Shown piece by piece: positions 1 through 10,225 of a DNA stretch of 64,000 nucleotides. The stretch lies in contig KI543222.1 of the NCBI GenBank assembly GCA_000496235.1, forward strand, positions 26,942 to 90,941. The letters run 5' to 3'. The position numbers and the translations under genes were made by a program. The number at the start of each line of letters is the position of its first letter. The first letter of the stretch is position 1. A model generated the notes under the pieces. The model worked only from the letters and a program-made list of their open reading frames with translations, searched no databases and was not told the origin of the DNA. The stretch comes from an uncultured archaeon A07HR60 (GTDB taxonomy: Archaea > Halobacteriota > Halobacteria > Halobacteriales > Haloferacaceae).

Positions 1-63
1 TCCGTGAGTGTGCTGACTGGCACGGTACAGCCACAGATGGCTGAAATGGGAACAGCCATCTTA

Positions 64-102
64 GATATCCTCCCCGCCCTGAAGCGCGGAGCATCCGCTC
101 GC
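64..102 (+). repeat. hairpin module, type A2
   Basis: GATATCCTCCCCGCCCTGAAGCGCGGAGCATCCGCTCGC. Confidence 0.5.
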
Positions 103-215
103 TATCTGTCTGCCCACACAGCCAGGCTGATCGAGAAGATTGCGGCGCTATCGATCAGCGGCGTATTTCCCTGCGGGGGAAACGTATTTTTGAGCCCTCA
201 ACGTAACGTGAGAAA

Positions 216-667
216 ATGAAATACGTCGTAGCCACAGACGGCTCACCACAAAGCGACGAGGCGGTGCGACACGCCACCAGCCACGCGCTCGCGTTCGACG
301 CCACGCTGGAATTAGTCAACGTGATCACTCCCGGTACGGGGACGGTCGAGGGGAAGCCGATATTCGAGGGCGAAGATGTTGCTGCCGATGATGGCCGGCG
401 AATTCTCGATCGTGCGCGAGACGTCGCCCGTGACGCTTCGACGGACGAAGCGATGAGAGCGATGGAGGATCCGCCGTGCCCGAAATGAAAGGCGAATTAC
501 TCACGGGACGACCGGCACACGCCATCTCAAGCCATGCCGTCGAAACTGGTGCAGATGGGATTTACGTCGGCCACCGTGGTCTCTCCAGCGACCGCGAGAA
601 GGTCGTCGGGAGCGTGGCTAAAGGGATCCTCGACGAAGCCGAAGTGCCGGTGACGGTTGTTCGCTGA
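216..667 (+). pseudogene. universal stress protein (UspA family), reading frame split into 216-488 and 476-667
   Basis: N-half MKYVVATDGSPQSDEAVRHA and C-half GADGIYVGHRGLSSDREKVVGSVAKGILDEAEVPVTVV together make one ~150-aa Usp fold. The frame switch lies between ~430 and 476. Confidence 0.7.
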
Positions 668-731
668 TCACTGTCACCTCGGCTGGCACTCCTCTATCGG
701 TCCATAATCAGTCTCTTCCGTCTGTGACGGT

Positions 732-760
732 TCCCACGCGGGGAATCGTGGGACTTTCTC
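732..760 (+). repeat. hairpin module, degenerate type B
   Basis: TCCCACGCGGGGAATCGTGGGACTTTCTC (stem TCCCACG/CGTGGGA, 3' flank like GCTTTCTCC). Confidence 0.35.
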
Positions 761-1025
761 TGCTCTCGTGTGAGTGGTGTCTCTAAGAGACCACTGGCAT
801 TGATCGCCGACCAGACACTACAGCGGACGGGGAGCCTGACCATATGAGTCCCGCTCCGGCCGTGACCGAGGCCACACCAGACACAGGTGATAAAAACATG
901 AGTGGCTGGTGAAATAGAGATTCATTCGGGACTCGCCAGCTCGGGAGTGCACCTCAAACGGAGTGTCACCCGACCGGCTTCGTGTTCGCGCGGTGGTCGC
1001 CAGCCAGTGTGTGGCCGAGTCGGGC

Positions 1026-1060
1026 CGAGTCGAGTCGAGTCGAGTCAAGTCAAGTCAAGT
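1026..1060. repeat. pentanucleotide microsatellite (CGAGT)x4 (CAAGT)x3
   Basis: Read directly in the sequence, in the convergent intergenic region between usp and the siroheme decarboxylase gene. Confidence 0.9.
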
Positions 1061-1197
1061 CACAGTCGCTCACCTGTGGGCGATGCTGCCCAGGAGGTGG
1101 CAGAACGAGATTGGTCGGCAGACCCGCGATTCAGCTGAAGTGTAGTCAAGTCACACTCTCGTCTTCTCAAGTCGTGTTCACGGAGATACTCTGCGAA

Positions 1198-2274
1198 TCA
1201 CTCAGAGGGTGGTGACTCGGTGGCTGTGGCTGCGGGTTCTGGCGTGAGAAGGTCGTCATACTGTGCCCCAGTCTGTTTCAGCGTCTCTGTCGAGTAGAGC
1301 CGCTCGTGAGGCGAGGTGATGTAGTCGTTCGCGAGTTCGTCTATCTTCGCCTCTACAGCCGAGGCCTCTCGGCCGTGGATCATCGTGAACAGATTGTACG
1401 GCCAGTCCTGTTGAGGCCGACGCGGACGATGATAACACAGTGTCACGTACGGTAGCGTTCCGACTCGCTCGCCAACGGTATCGAGTTGCTCGTCCGGCAC
1501 GTCCCACACGATCATACAGTTGTTACGAAACCCGGTTACGACGTGGTTGACGACACAGCCAATCCGTTTGATGCATCCGTCATCGCGGAGCCTGTCTATC
1601 GCGGCGGTGACCTCGCTCACTGACGCGTTTACCGCCTCGGCGATTGCTCGATAAGGAGTCTTCACCAGGGGGAACCCGCCTTGTATCTCCATGAGGATTC
1701 TCGCGTCCAGTCCCGAGAGCCCCCCCGTTGCCTCTTCACTGATCCGCGTGGCCGTCACCGACGTTTCAGTGACCGACTCGCGCGCAAACCGGTCATCGTT
1801 TACAACCGGGAACTCAAGATCGATGTAGTAGTCGGTGTGCATCGGCAAGTTCAGCACGTCATAGCCGGTATCAGTCTCGATTTCGGCGAGAATCGCGTCA
1901 CGCCGGTCTCGAGAGGCTGCCGTGACGACGAACCACATATTCCACTCGTGATCCCGGCGGTAGTTGTGATTCACCTGCCGATATCCGTTGATCGTCTTGG
2001 CGACGGCGTCGAACTCTGAATCAGGGGCACTCACGGCCGCCAGCGTCGAGGACCCGATCACTGGTGGATTGAGGACAGCCCCGAACCGGCGGAACACCGA
2101 CGCGTCCCGAAGTGCCCGCGTTCTGTCCAGTGTTTCAGCTTCGTCGATACCGAGTTCCTCTGCTACGTGTGCGAAGGGTCGCTCACGGACGGGGAATCCG
2201 CTCTGGTAGTCGTCGATCAACGCAGCATCTGTCGCGTCGATCTTCGCGAGCCAATCCGCGTCTGTGCCCATCAT
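1198..2274 (-). CDS. siroheme decarboxylase, fused AhbA/AhbB-like (NirDL/GH, Lrp/AsnC-type) protein
   Basis: Two tandem AsnC-like halves (DDYQSGFPVRERPFAHVAEELGIDEAE; MEIQGGFPLVKTPYRAIAEAVNASVSE). Start chosen at the MMGTDADW methionines because the longer ORF N-terminus runs through a repeat hairpin. Confidence 0.7.
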   Translation of the reverse strand: MMGTDADWLAKIDATDAALIDDYQSGFPVRERPFAHVAEELGIDEAETLDRTRALRDASVFRRFGAVLNPPVIGSSTLAAVSAPDSEFDAVAKTINGYRQVNHNYRRDHEWNMWFVVTAASRDRRDAILAEIETDTGYDVLNLPMHTDYYIDLEFPVVNDDRFARESVTETSVTATRISEEATGGLSGLDARILMEIQGGFPLVKTPYRAIAEAVNASVSEVTAAIDRLRDDGCIKRIGCVVNHVVTGFRNNCMIVWDVPDEQLDTVGERVGTLPYVTLCYHRPRRPQQDWPYNLFTMIHGREASAVEAKIDELANDYITSPHERLYSTETLKQTGAQYDDLLTPEPAATATESPPSE

Positions 2275-2388
2275 TTGATATTTGATCGCAACGGTTCTAT
2301 GAGTTTCGGGTTGAGTCAAGGGGTGACTCTCGAAGGTCGTGTGCCGACCGCGCTTCAAGACGACCCGTGAGAGTGATGGATAACAAGC

Positions 2389-2420
2389 GGAATTCCCGAC
2401 TTCAGGGCGGGGAAGATGTC
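2389..2420 (-). repeat. hairpin module, type A
   Basis: Minus-sense GACATCTTCCCCGCCCTGAAGTCGGGAATTCC, then GCTTGTTATCCATCACT as in the copy at 10696. Confidence 0.55.
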
Positions 2421-2620
2421 AAGCGGTCCCGAGTAGCCGCCGGTATGAGAGAGTCTCCGGCACAGTGTCGGACTCGCCGGATCCATCGGTCTGGAACATG
2501 CTGTTTTGTCCGACCACGAATCCCGTGTCTCAGCAGTCCCATTAGGAACTCTCAAAACCGAAGCCAGAGCCGGAGACGGGGACACCTGACGGGCCAAAGC
2601 TTAGGCCCGTGTAGCAATTC

Positions 2621-3793
2621 ATGCTATCAATGCCCAACCGCATTCGGACAGCACTCGACAGAGGCCTCGGGCGTGTTCGAGGGTTTCTCGTGTGGTCTGT
2701 CCGCTCGTATGCATTGTTCGTCGTCATCGGTCTGGCAATCGGGTTGACACTGGCTCCGATGGCAATCCAGTATTCTGCCCAACCCGACGGCAAGGTCGCG
2801 GTAGTTTCGGTGGACGGGTCGATTGACGGCCAGCAGGCGGCTTCGTACGCGTCCATGATGACACAGGCTCGAGCTCAGGCCGACGCCGTGGTGATCGTCG
2901 CGAACAGCGGCGGCGGGTCGGCGTCTGCGAGTGAAGCCATGTACATCCAGACAAAGCGGACAAGTGAGCAGATCCCAGTAGTGACGACTATCGGCGGCGC
3001 AGCGGCGTCCGGGGCTTACTACACAATTGCCCCGTCAGACCGGATCTACACCAAGCCAGCCTCCGTCGTCGGAAGTATTGGTGTCAGAGCACCCACACCG
3101 ACTGATATCGAGCCACAAAACCTCGAGGGGACAACCGGCCCTGACAAGGTCTCGTCGTTCGGCGGAGACCGGCAGTTCTTCCACGCGCTTGAAACGCTCA
3201 AACGAGCCTTCCTTGGAGCCGTGGTGACACACCGCGGAGACCGGCTCGAGATCTCTGAAAACGAGGTCGCGACTGCGCGGACGTGGACAGGTGCTTCGGC
3301 CGTTCAGGTGGGTCTTGCAGACGAGATCGGCGACCAACAGGCCGCAATTGAATTTGCTGCCGCCGAGGCTGGGCTCAACAACCCAGAGGTGGTCGTGTTG
3401 ACGCCCGAAGAACGCGCGCCCAGCTTCATGCTCCGGAGCACATATCTTGCGTCTGCCGCCGACGAGCGACAGTTCACCGGCGGCCAGCAGTTCGCTGTAT
3501 CCGATCCCGGCGGGTTGCCGACGTTTCTGATGGTCCCAGGCGGTGTGGTCGGGACCGCTGACGAGCCGCTACTCTCGGCGACAACGGCCAGTCAGATCTC
3601 AGAATCTGAGGAGGTGATAACCGACGACACCACCACCGGAGAGGAAACAGCGAGAAACGCGACAGACACCACCGATGATCAACAAGCTCTCTCCAGAAGT
3701 GGCGCCCAACGGTTCGATGCTCACGCTTCCAGTCTCGCCGGGAGACCGCCGACAGATCTGAGTTCTACCGTTGTGAGAGGTGAAGCTACATGA
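2621..3793 (+). CDS. sppA: signal peptide peptidase SppA (S49 family)
   Basis: N-terminal TM segment, VAVVSVDGSIDG, ANSGGGSASASE and GGAAASGAYY serine motif. Confidence 0.75.
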   Translation: MLSMPNRIRTALDRGLGRVRGFLVWSVRSYALFVVIGLAIGLTLAPMAIQYSAQPDGKVAVVSVDGSIDGQQAASYASMMTQARAQADAVVIVANSGGGSASASEAMYIQTKRTSEQIPVVTTIGGAAASGAYYTIAPSDRIYTKPASVVGSIGVRAPTPTDIEPQNLEGTTGPDKVSSFGGDRQFFHALETLKRAFLGAVVTHRGDRLEISENEVATARTWTGASAVQVGLADEIGDQQAAIEFAAAEAGLNNPEVVVLTPEERAPSFMLRSTYLASAADERQFTGGQQFAVSDPGGLPTFLMVPGGVVGTADEPLLSATTASQISESEEVITDDTTTGEETARNATDTTDDQQALSRSGAQRFDAHASSLAGRPPTDLSSTVVRGEAT

Positions 3794-4833
3794 CTCGACT
3801 GGGAAAGCTCGCCAATGGGCTCATTCTGACCGCTCTAGTGGCGGGGTTGGTCGTGGCCGGGGCTGGAGCTCTTCCGGTGGTGTTGTCGCCAGTAGACCAG
3901 AGCAGCGAACAAACGACGTATGAAGAGTTCGAGCCAGAGACGATCGTTTCAGAGCCGCTTGCGTCGACTGGCACGATCACGCCAGACAAGAGTCTCACGG
4001 ATACCACCGGTGAGGTCTTGATCGACACGTCTGCGTCGAACCGGTTCGGGCGGACCGATATTCAGCCGATGGTAACAGCGTTCAACGAGGTTGGATACGA
4101 TACGACACTGGATGCGGAGTCTGACTTCGAAGAGAAGCTCACAACTGCCGATGCGCTAGTGATCATCGACCCGGGATCGGCGTACTCCGAAGATCAACTC
4201 GACGAGATCGAGTCGTTCCTGAACAGCGGTGGCCGGGTGGTCGTCCTGGGTGAGCCGAATCGTGTCAGCGTGAGTGTTGGGCTGTTCGGCTCATCGCTCC
4301 AGGAGACACAAAGCGACCTCACCTCGTTCGAGTCTAAATTCGGTCTTCAGTTCAATACGGAGTATGTCTACGACCAGAGTAACAACGACGGAAACTACCG
4401 GCGACCGATCGTCTCACCACACGATGACGCGAGTCTATCGCCGGCGGATACCCTCGGAGACGCCGAAGATATCGTCTTATACACACCGACCGAGGTGCAA
4501 TCGACCAACGACGCCGAACCGGTACTGGTCACTTCACCGTCGGCCAAACAGTCTGGGACAGATCGCACCGGGTCGCGAACAGTCGCAGTTCGTGACGGGA
4601 ACCTTCTCGCGGTCGGCGACTCATCGTTCATCGGAGCCGAACGTCACAACGTTGGTGATAATGACATCTTCCTGGCTGCAGTCGTCGAATTTCTGGTCTC
4701 CGGTGACCGCACGCTAGATATCCCCACCGTCGACGAGTCTGATGGAGACTCTGCCGACGCGCCCGCTAACGAGACTGACGACAACTCCGGCGACGCGGCC
4801 GCCGTCGGGAGCGTTCGGATTCAGAGTTACTGA
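3790..4833 (+). CDS. secreted/membrane-anchored DUF4350 (GldG-like) domain protein
   Basis: Signal/TM segment LILTALVAGLVVAGAGA and ALVIIDPGSAYSEDQLDEIESFLNSGGRVVVLGEPN. A 4-nt ATGA overlap with sppA suggests an operon. Confidence 0.5.
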   Translation: MTRLGKLANGLILTALVAGLVVAGAGALPVVLSPVDQSSEQTTYEEFEPETIVSEPLASTGTITPDKSLTDTTGEVLIDTSASNRFGRTDIQPMVTAFNEVGYDTTLDAESDFEEKLTTADALVIIDPGSAYSEDQLDEIESFLNSGGRVVVLGEPNRVSVSVGLFGSSLQETQSDLTSFESKFGLQFNTEYVYDQSNNDGNYRRPIVSPHDDASLSPADTLGDAEDIVLYTPTEVQSTNDAEPVLVTSPSAKQSGTDRTGSRTVAVRDGNLLAVGDSSFIGAERHNVGDNDIFLAAVVEFLVSGDRTLDIPTVDESDGDSADAPANETDDNSGDAAAVGSVRIQSY

Positions 4834-5047
4834 ACGGTTCTGAGCGGTTCACGTAGCTTCGAGTGGACTTGTCTGGGAGAGTGTTCACGGGGCGACAGAT
4901 TCGATTACAGATTAAAAGAAGATCGCTCCTTCCTCTGGTGCAAGAATCATACGAAGGCTGTACGGAAGAATGAGTGAGGTAGTCGAGAGTGGATGCGGAC
5001 GATTAAACAACAAACAAGTTATGACGTTACGCGACTAAATTTTCCTC

Positions 5048-6133
5048 ATGTCCGAAGCGACGCAGCAGTTTGGTGACTGGCCACTGAAGCGGCTCATGAC
5101 AGAGGTGTGCGGATCAGGCCCGAAATCGGCGGCCGATCTGAGCTACGATCAGGCGACAGAGGCGTTCACTCGGATCCTCGCTGGAGAGCCAGATCAGACT
5201 ACCCTCGGCGCATTCTGGCTGTCGAACCGCTGGAAACGAAACGTGGCCGAGGAACTAGCCGCATACACTGACGTGATGTGTGACCGGGTAGAGCAGGCCG
5301 AACCGGACGTCGACCCAGTCGACTGTGGGGCCAACTACGACGGGAAAGCCGAGACAGCGATCCTCGGGGTGGCTGCAGGGATTGTCGCCGCGGCCGCTGG
5401 AACCCCAGTCGTGGCCCACTCTGGTGACCGTGTCCCGACACAAAAGCAGGACTCCTACAAACACGTCCTCGACGAGCTCGGTGTGAGCACGGAGTTAGCG
5501 CCGCAAGATTCTGCGGACATGGTCGACGAAACTGGATTCGGCTTTTATTACCAACCGGCATTCAACCCGGCCATCGACGGCCTGTCCGGGCGCCGCGACC
5601 AGATGGGCGTCAGATCCTTTGTCAACACGGTCGAGACCCTGGCAAATCCCGCTAATGCGGCGGTCCACCTGGGCTCGTTTTATCACTTGGCGTTCGCGAA
5701 GAAAGTGTGTGACACGTTCCAGCAGTCTGAAAGCCACGACATGGACCGGGTAATCATGTTCCAAGGGATGGAAGGCTACGATGATATCCGGCCAGGATAC
5801 ACCAAAGTTGCAGAGTGGCAGGCGGACGGTGACAGCGACGATGACGGGTCGAGTTTCGACGACTACGAGATCGAAACCGAAGAGTACGGGATGGACTTCG
5901 AGAGCGAGGATCTCGAAGTCGGGGACGTAGCTGCCGATTCGGCGACAATCACCCGCGAGGTTGTCGCCGGCAACCGGGATGACCAATTCCACGACGCGGT
6001 GGCGCTCAATGCTGCGTTCCGAATTTACGCGCGGGATGATGCGGCGTCGCTGAGTGCTGGCCTCGAAGACGCGCGCCAGGCGATCGAGTCCGGAGCTGCG
6101 GCCGCCGTTCTCGAGGATCTCCAGCAGTTCTGA
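5048..6133 (+). CDS. anthranilate phosphoribosyltransferase-like (glycosyl transferase family 3, TrpD paralog)
   Basis: N-terminal helical domain (SYDQATEAFTRILAGEPDQTTLGAFWLSNRWK) followed by a GT3-type core. Confidence 0.55.
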   Translation: MSEATQQFGDWPLKRLMTEVCGSGPKSAADLSYDQATEAFTRILAGEPDQTTLGAFWLSNRWKRNVAEELAAYTDVMCDRVEQAEPDVDPVDCGANYDGKAETAILGVAAGIVAAAAGTPVVAHSGDRVPTQKQDSYKHVLDELGVSTELAPQDSADMVDETGFGFYYQPAFNPAIDGLSGRRDQMGVRSFVNTVETLANPANAAVHLGSFYHLAFAKKVCDTFQQSESHDMDRVIMFQGMEGYDDIRPGYTKVAEWQADGDSDDDGSSFDDYEIETEEYGMDFESEDLEVGDVAADSATITREVVAGNRDDQFHDAVALNAAFRIYARDDAASLSAGLEDARQAIESGAAAAVLEDLQQF

Positions 6134-6452
6134 CACTCCTGGCGAATCCCCGCCGGCACAGCGCTGCAAGAGAAATTCTTGGTTTTGCGCCGCGGGCCAT
6201 CGAAGCCGCATCCTCGTGTCACGCGTTCCAGCGAGCCCGTCGACTTCGCCCTCACATCTCCTTGACTTGCTTTTGCCCCTGATAAGGCGAGATTCCTCTG
6301 TAGGTGATCTGGCCGGGAGATTACTCTAGGTGTGAACTCCCAGGATCGCTGGTTCTGATGAGTTCTCCATGGCCGGGGATGATGATTCACACAGCCACTC
6401 AACAGAACCCTCTTATTCGAGTCACCTCCAGGAGTGTGTTACATCCGGAAGC

Positions 6453-7463
6453 TCACTCGAATCGCTCGGCCACGCCGACGAGGGTACTCCCGGTGGTGAC
6501 AGACGCCTCTCGAGTAATCGAGTACAGAATACCGTCACGGTCCGCGCGGACCTCTTGGAGCCGCTCGTAGGTCGTCGGGTCATAGACATCACCGAGGAAC
6601 TGGCCTTCTTGCACATCGGCACCGACTTCGATGCCCGCGGCAGGCCGGAATAACCCCGAATCGGTGGCCCCGACACGTCCCAGGTGGTTTCGTGCGACGG
6701 TCCCCTCCCACGGTGAGGCGTTCCCGTCGAGTAGCCCCCACTCGGCGAGAACGGCCTCAAGACCCTCGACTCCGGTTTCGATGGCCGGTTCGACGAGCTG
6801 TTTGTTGTGTGCGAGTTCCGGGGTAATCGACGGGATACCGTGACGGGTCGCTACGACACGGAGTTTCCGTCCGAAGCCGCGTTCTGACCACTCCGTGGCA
6901 GCCTCATCACCTGCGGCCTCTGCTAGCAAGAGATCCGTCCCAAACGCCTCCGCAAGGCGTCTACACTCTGTGTCACCCTGGAGATACACTGCGTGTGTGA
7001 GCATCGAGAGCGAGCCGGTGTGAAGGTCGACTATCGCGTCTGCCTGTTCGATGTACTCCCACAGGCGGGCGGCCATGCGTTCGTGGAGGCTCCCCTTGAG
7101 ACTCCCTGGCCAGCATCGATTCATATTTGGGTTCACCGAGTCGAGTGCCTCCGGCGTCGTGTACGAGACTCGGTCGAACGTGAGCGGGTCCGCAATCGGG
7201 ACCGCGATGAGGGTTCCATCAAGATCTGGTCCGCCGGTGAGTCGGTCGTGGAGCCGGCGCAAAACCTCCGCCCCGTTGACTTCCTGACCGTGTTGGGCTG
7301 CTTGGGTGTAGATCGTCGGTGACCCCGACCCATACACGTGGACCGTCGTCCGAATCGGGACTCCCGAGGGAAGACGAGCGAGCGTGACTTCCTCCGTCGT
7401 GTGCATGCCCGAGACAACACCCCTGGCGGCTTGTAGCCACGGGTCGAAAGCGTCGCCTGACAC
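6453..7463 (-). CDS. succinylglutamate desuccinylase/aspartoacylase family (M14-like) zinc hydrolase
   Basis: AQHGQEVNGAEVLRRLHDRL, DLHTGS and ITPELAH motifs. Confidence 0.6.
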   Translation of the reverse strand: MSGDAFDPWLQAARGVVSGMHTTEEVTLARLPSGVPIRTTVHVYGSGSPTIYTQAAQHGQEVNGAEVLRRLHDRLTGGPDLDGTLIAVPIADPLTFDRVSYTTPEALDSVNPNMNRCWPGSLKGSLHERMAARLWEYIEQADAIVDLHTGSLSMLTHAVYLQGDTECRRLAEAFGTDLLLAEAAGDEAATEWSERGFGRKLRVVATRHGIPSITPELAHNKQLVEPAIETGVEGLEAVLAEWGLLDGNASPWEGTVARNHLGRVGATDSGLFRPAAGIEVGADVQEGQFLGDVYDPTTYERLQEVRADRDGILYSITREASVTTGSTLVGVAERFE

Positions 7464-7936
7464 GTGAGTGTCTCTGTCCCGAGAGTCTGTCGAAAGACTG
7501 GTTGGGGGGTTAATCTTCAGCAGCGCGTCGGTCGGGAACGCGACGGAACATCCCGTCGGTCGACCGACTGCGGTGGAGACCCCGGAAACGACGACCGCAG
7601 TGGAGACGATGGCAGCACTCGCGACGCAGCCTAGATATTGCTCTCATAAACCATATGCGGCGATATGAATTCTCCGGGATCTCGTGTCTGATCCGACAGG
7701 CTACTGACGACCATCGGCCATCGGCCATCCGAGGTGGACCGAACGGGTCGACATCGGGTCCCAGAGTGCCGACAGCGACTATTCCCGACTGAGTGTTCGC
7801 TCTACTTCCAGCGGGTGCTGGTCATCAACTGCGTATGACTGAGTCGTCTGGCCTGCTGCGAGAAACCCGGGTATCGACGGGATTCAATGAGGATGCGAGT
7901 CAACATCCTTTTGCGCTGCCTGACAAATTATCATCC

Positions 7937-8503
7937 ATGGCAAGCCCGGAAAACCCCGAGAATCCGACGGCGACTCTCCACACGAACCACGGAGACATTG
8001 TGGTTGAGTTGTTCGAAGATCGAGTTCCACAGACCGTAGGGAATTTCGTCGGACTGGCGACAGATACTGACGCTGATGGAGACGCTGAGCCCGGTCGGGG
8101 GACTGGTGCCTGGGAAGACCCAGATACCGGAGAAGTCCACACCGGGGCAATGTACGAAGACATCGAAATACACCGAGTGATCGATGACTTCATGATCCAG
8201 ACCGGTGATCCGACCGGGACCGGCAGAGGTGGTCCTGGCTACACGTTCGACGACGAATTTCACGACGACCTGAGCCACGACGGAGCCGGAACGCTCTCGA
8301 TGGCCAACCGCGGCCCAGACACGAACGGCTCCCAATTCTTCATCACCCTGGCCGCGCAGCCGCATCTCGACGACCGTCACGCTGTGTTCGGATCGGTGAT
8401 CGACGGTATGGATGTGGTCGAAGAAATCGGCAACCTCCCGACGGATGGAGATGATACGCCACAAGAACGCAGCGTCGTGGAATCAATCGGCATCGAACAC
8501 TAA
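7937..8503 (+). CDS. peptidyl-prolyl cis-trans isomerase, cyclophilin type
   Basis: TLHTNHGDIVVELFEDRVPQTVGNFV, HRVIDDFMIQTGDPTGTGRGGPGY, MANRGPDTNGSQFFI. Start moved to the MASPEN methionine. Confidence 0.9.
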   Translation: MASPENPENPTATLHTNHGDIVVELFEDRVPQTVGNFVGLATDTDADGDAEPGRGTGAWEDPDTGEVHTGAMYEDIEIHRVIDDFMIQTGDPTGTGRGGPGYTFDDEFHDDLSHDGAGTLSMANRGPDTNGSQFFITLAAQPHLDDRHAVFGSVIDGMDVVEEIGNLPTDGDDTPQERSVVESIGIEH

Positions 8504-8776
8504 TCTAAGACGGTTATTCCGCTTGACGTGGACTCTTCGCTGGGGGGCTAAGCGTCATAATACGCTGGGATTGAGGCTGAGCGACACCTCGGTCTTGTGT
8601 AAGCCCCAACCGCCGAAAACTGAAGACCGACTGACTGCTGTAGACCCGGCGGCCGGACAACCGGCCTCTGTATCCGTGATCCGGATAGTACTAATAATCC
8701 TGACACTTTTTCACGTCTAAAAGCCCGTCGTGATAAAACTTATCGCCAACGGTTATGCCGCATCCCGGGTGAGCAT

Positions 8777-9142
8777 GTGGCGCACAGCATGTTCGAACAG
8801 TTTTCGAGCGGATACTACGTCGGGGAAGTGTACATCGAGCCGGGCAAGGGTGATCGGGGAGCAATCCAAACGGTCGCTCACGAGCGGCTAAACAAACAAC
8901 TCTATGTCGGAGACGAAGGCGGAAAGGGGCTCTCGCGGCTCGACGCACCGCTAGTGATGAAAATTGAAGGGACTCACTTTCCGGTGGTCGCGAGCGAAGA
9001 CACGCCGGCAGGAACGCTCGAGCTGCCGCCAGAATACACTGATAAGCGGCTTCCTACTCGCAGTGCGGTGTTTCTCGCGAAAGGCGACCGCGCGGTAGAC
9101 CTGCTGCGGTACTCTGGGTGGGACCTGGCGAGTGGTGCCTGA
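8777..9142 (+). CDS. conserved hypothetical protein
   Basis: Acidic 121-aa ORF with coding-like composition. No recognisable motif. Confidence 0.4.
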   Translation: MAHSMFEQFSSGYYVGEVYIEPGKGDRGAIQTVAHERLNKQLYVGDEGGKGLSRLDAPLVMKIEGTHFPVVASEDTPAGTLELPPEYTDKRLPTRSAVFLAKGDRAVDLLRYSGWDLASGA

Positions 9143-9250
9143 CTCCACCCCGATCACGATTCCTCCGACTGACAGACGACGGCGTGTGACCGACCCAGGT
9201 TGGTGAGACGGTGTCACTAGTTTCAAGTCACGTCGTCTCCCGGTAATTGT

Positions 9251-10150
9251 ATGCTTGACAGGCTGCTCGGGCGCGCCGAGCTCAAAGAGCAGATCGAGGA
9301 GCTCACGAAGCAAAAGGATCACCTCCAGCGGCAAGTCGAGGCCGAACAGCGCCGTCGTGCTGACGCGGTCGCAGACAAACAGCGGGCCGAAGAGCGGATT
9401 AATCGGCTCGAAGATCGGATCGAGCAGCTCGAAGACCGGGTCAGGCGGGAGACCGCTGACGGGCAGACAGCCCCGGAGTATCGGGTGATGCGAGAGGTTG
9501 GCCCGGACCGGGCTGGTGAACTCTACGGACGCCTGGCTACGATCCAGTCTGATTCTGACGGACTGTTGACCGCCGCAGTTACCGATTCAGACTCGATCCC
9601 GACGACGGTCAGTGACCGACTAGGCGACCGGACAGCACTGGTCCGGCGTGCTGCCCCAGCACTGGTCGTCATCGACGACGCCGGCCTCGTCGCGGCCGCG
9701 CTGAATCTCCCGGTAATGCCGGACCCGTTCGACGGGTGGGCGGATAGCTTTCGGCTGCAACCGTCGTGGTTTCAGCCGACCAGCCGATTCGCGTTTGGGC
9801 TCCTGCGGTCGGACACGTTCGCGCTGGGGATCTACGAGGGACGCGAACGAGAATCCCTCACCGCCTTCAAGAGTGAGGTGAAATCCCAGCACTCCAAAGG
9901 TGGTTTCTCACAGGACCGGTTCGAGCGACGCCGAGACGGGCAGATCGAGGATCACCTCGAGAAAGCTCGCGACGAGATTCGAGACGCCGACGAGGTCGAT
10001 CAGATTATTCTGGTTGGTGAACGGACTGTCCTGTCGGAACTGCGAGAGCTAGCCGACACCACAGACGTGGCAGACGCCAGTGGCGACCCGGAGACGGCAC
10101 TCAAGCAAGCGTTCCACGATTTCTGGACTGTCCGGGTTCGCGGACTGTGA
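9251..10150 (+). CDS. eRF1-like / Vms1-VLRF1-type putative peptidyl-tRNA hydrolase with N-terminal coiled coil
   Basis: Heptad-rich N-terminus. KGGFSQDRFERRRDGQIEDHLEKA parallels the KGGQSAQRFARLRLEAIDNFYQEV loop of the aRF1 encoded at 60679-61926. Confidence 0.5.
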   Translation: MLDRLLGRAELKEQIEELTKQKDHLQRQVEAEQRRRADAVADKQRAEERINRLEDRIEQLEDRVRRETADGQTAPEYRVMREVGPDRAGELYGRLATIQSDSDGLLTAAVTDSDSIPTTVSDRLGDRTALVRRAAPALVVIDDAGLVAAALNLPVMPDPFDGWADSFRLQPSWFQPTSRFAFGLLRSDTFALGIYEGRERESLTAFKSEVKSQHSKGGFSQDRFERRRDGQIEDHLEKARDEIRDADEVDQIILVGERTVLSELRELADTTDVADASGDPETALKQAFHDFWTVRVRGL

Positions 10151-10225
10151 GTCCTGACCTCTCGGGTGCAGGCGGCCGGTATAGACGTTCCGATGCGGGT
10201 GAACTACCCTACCCTACCCTACTCG

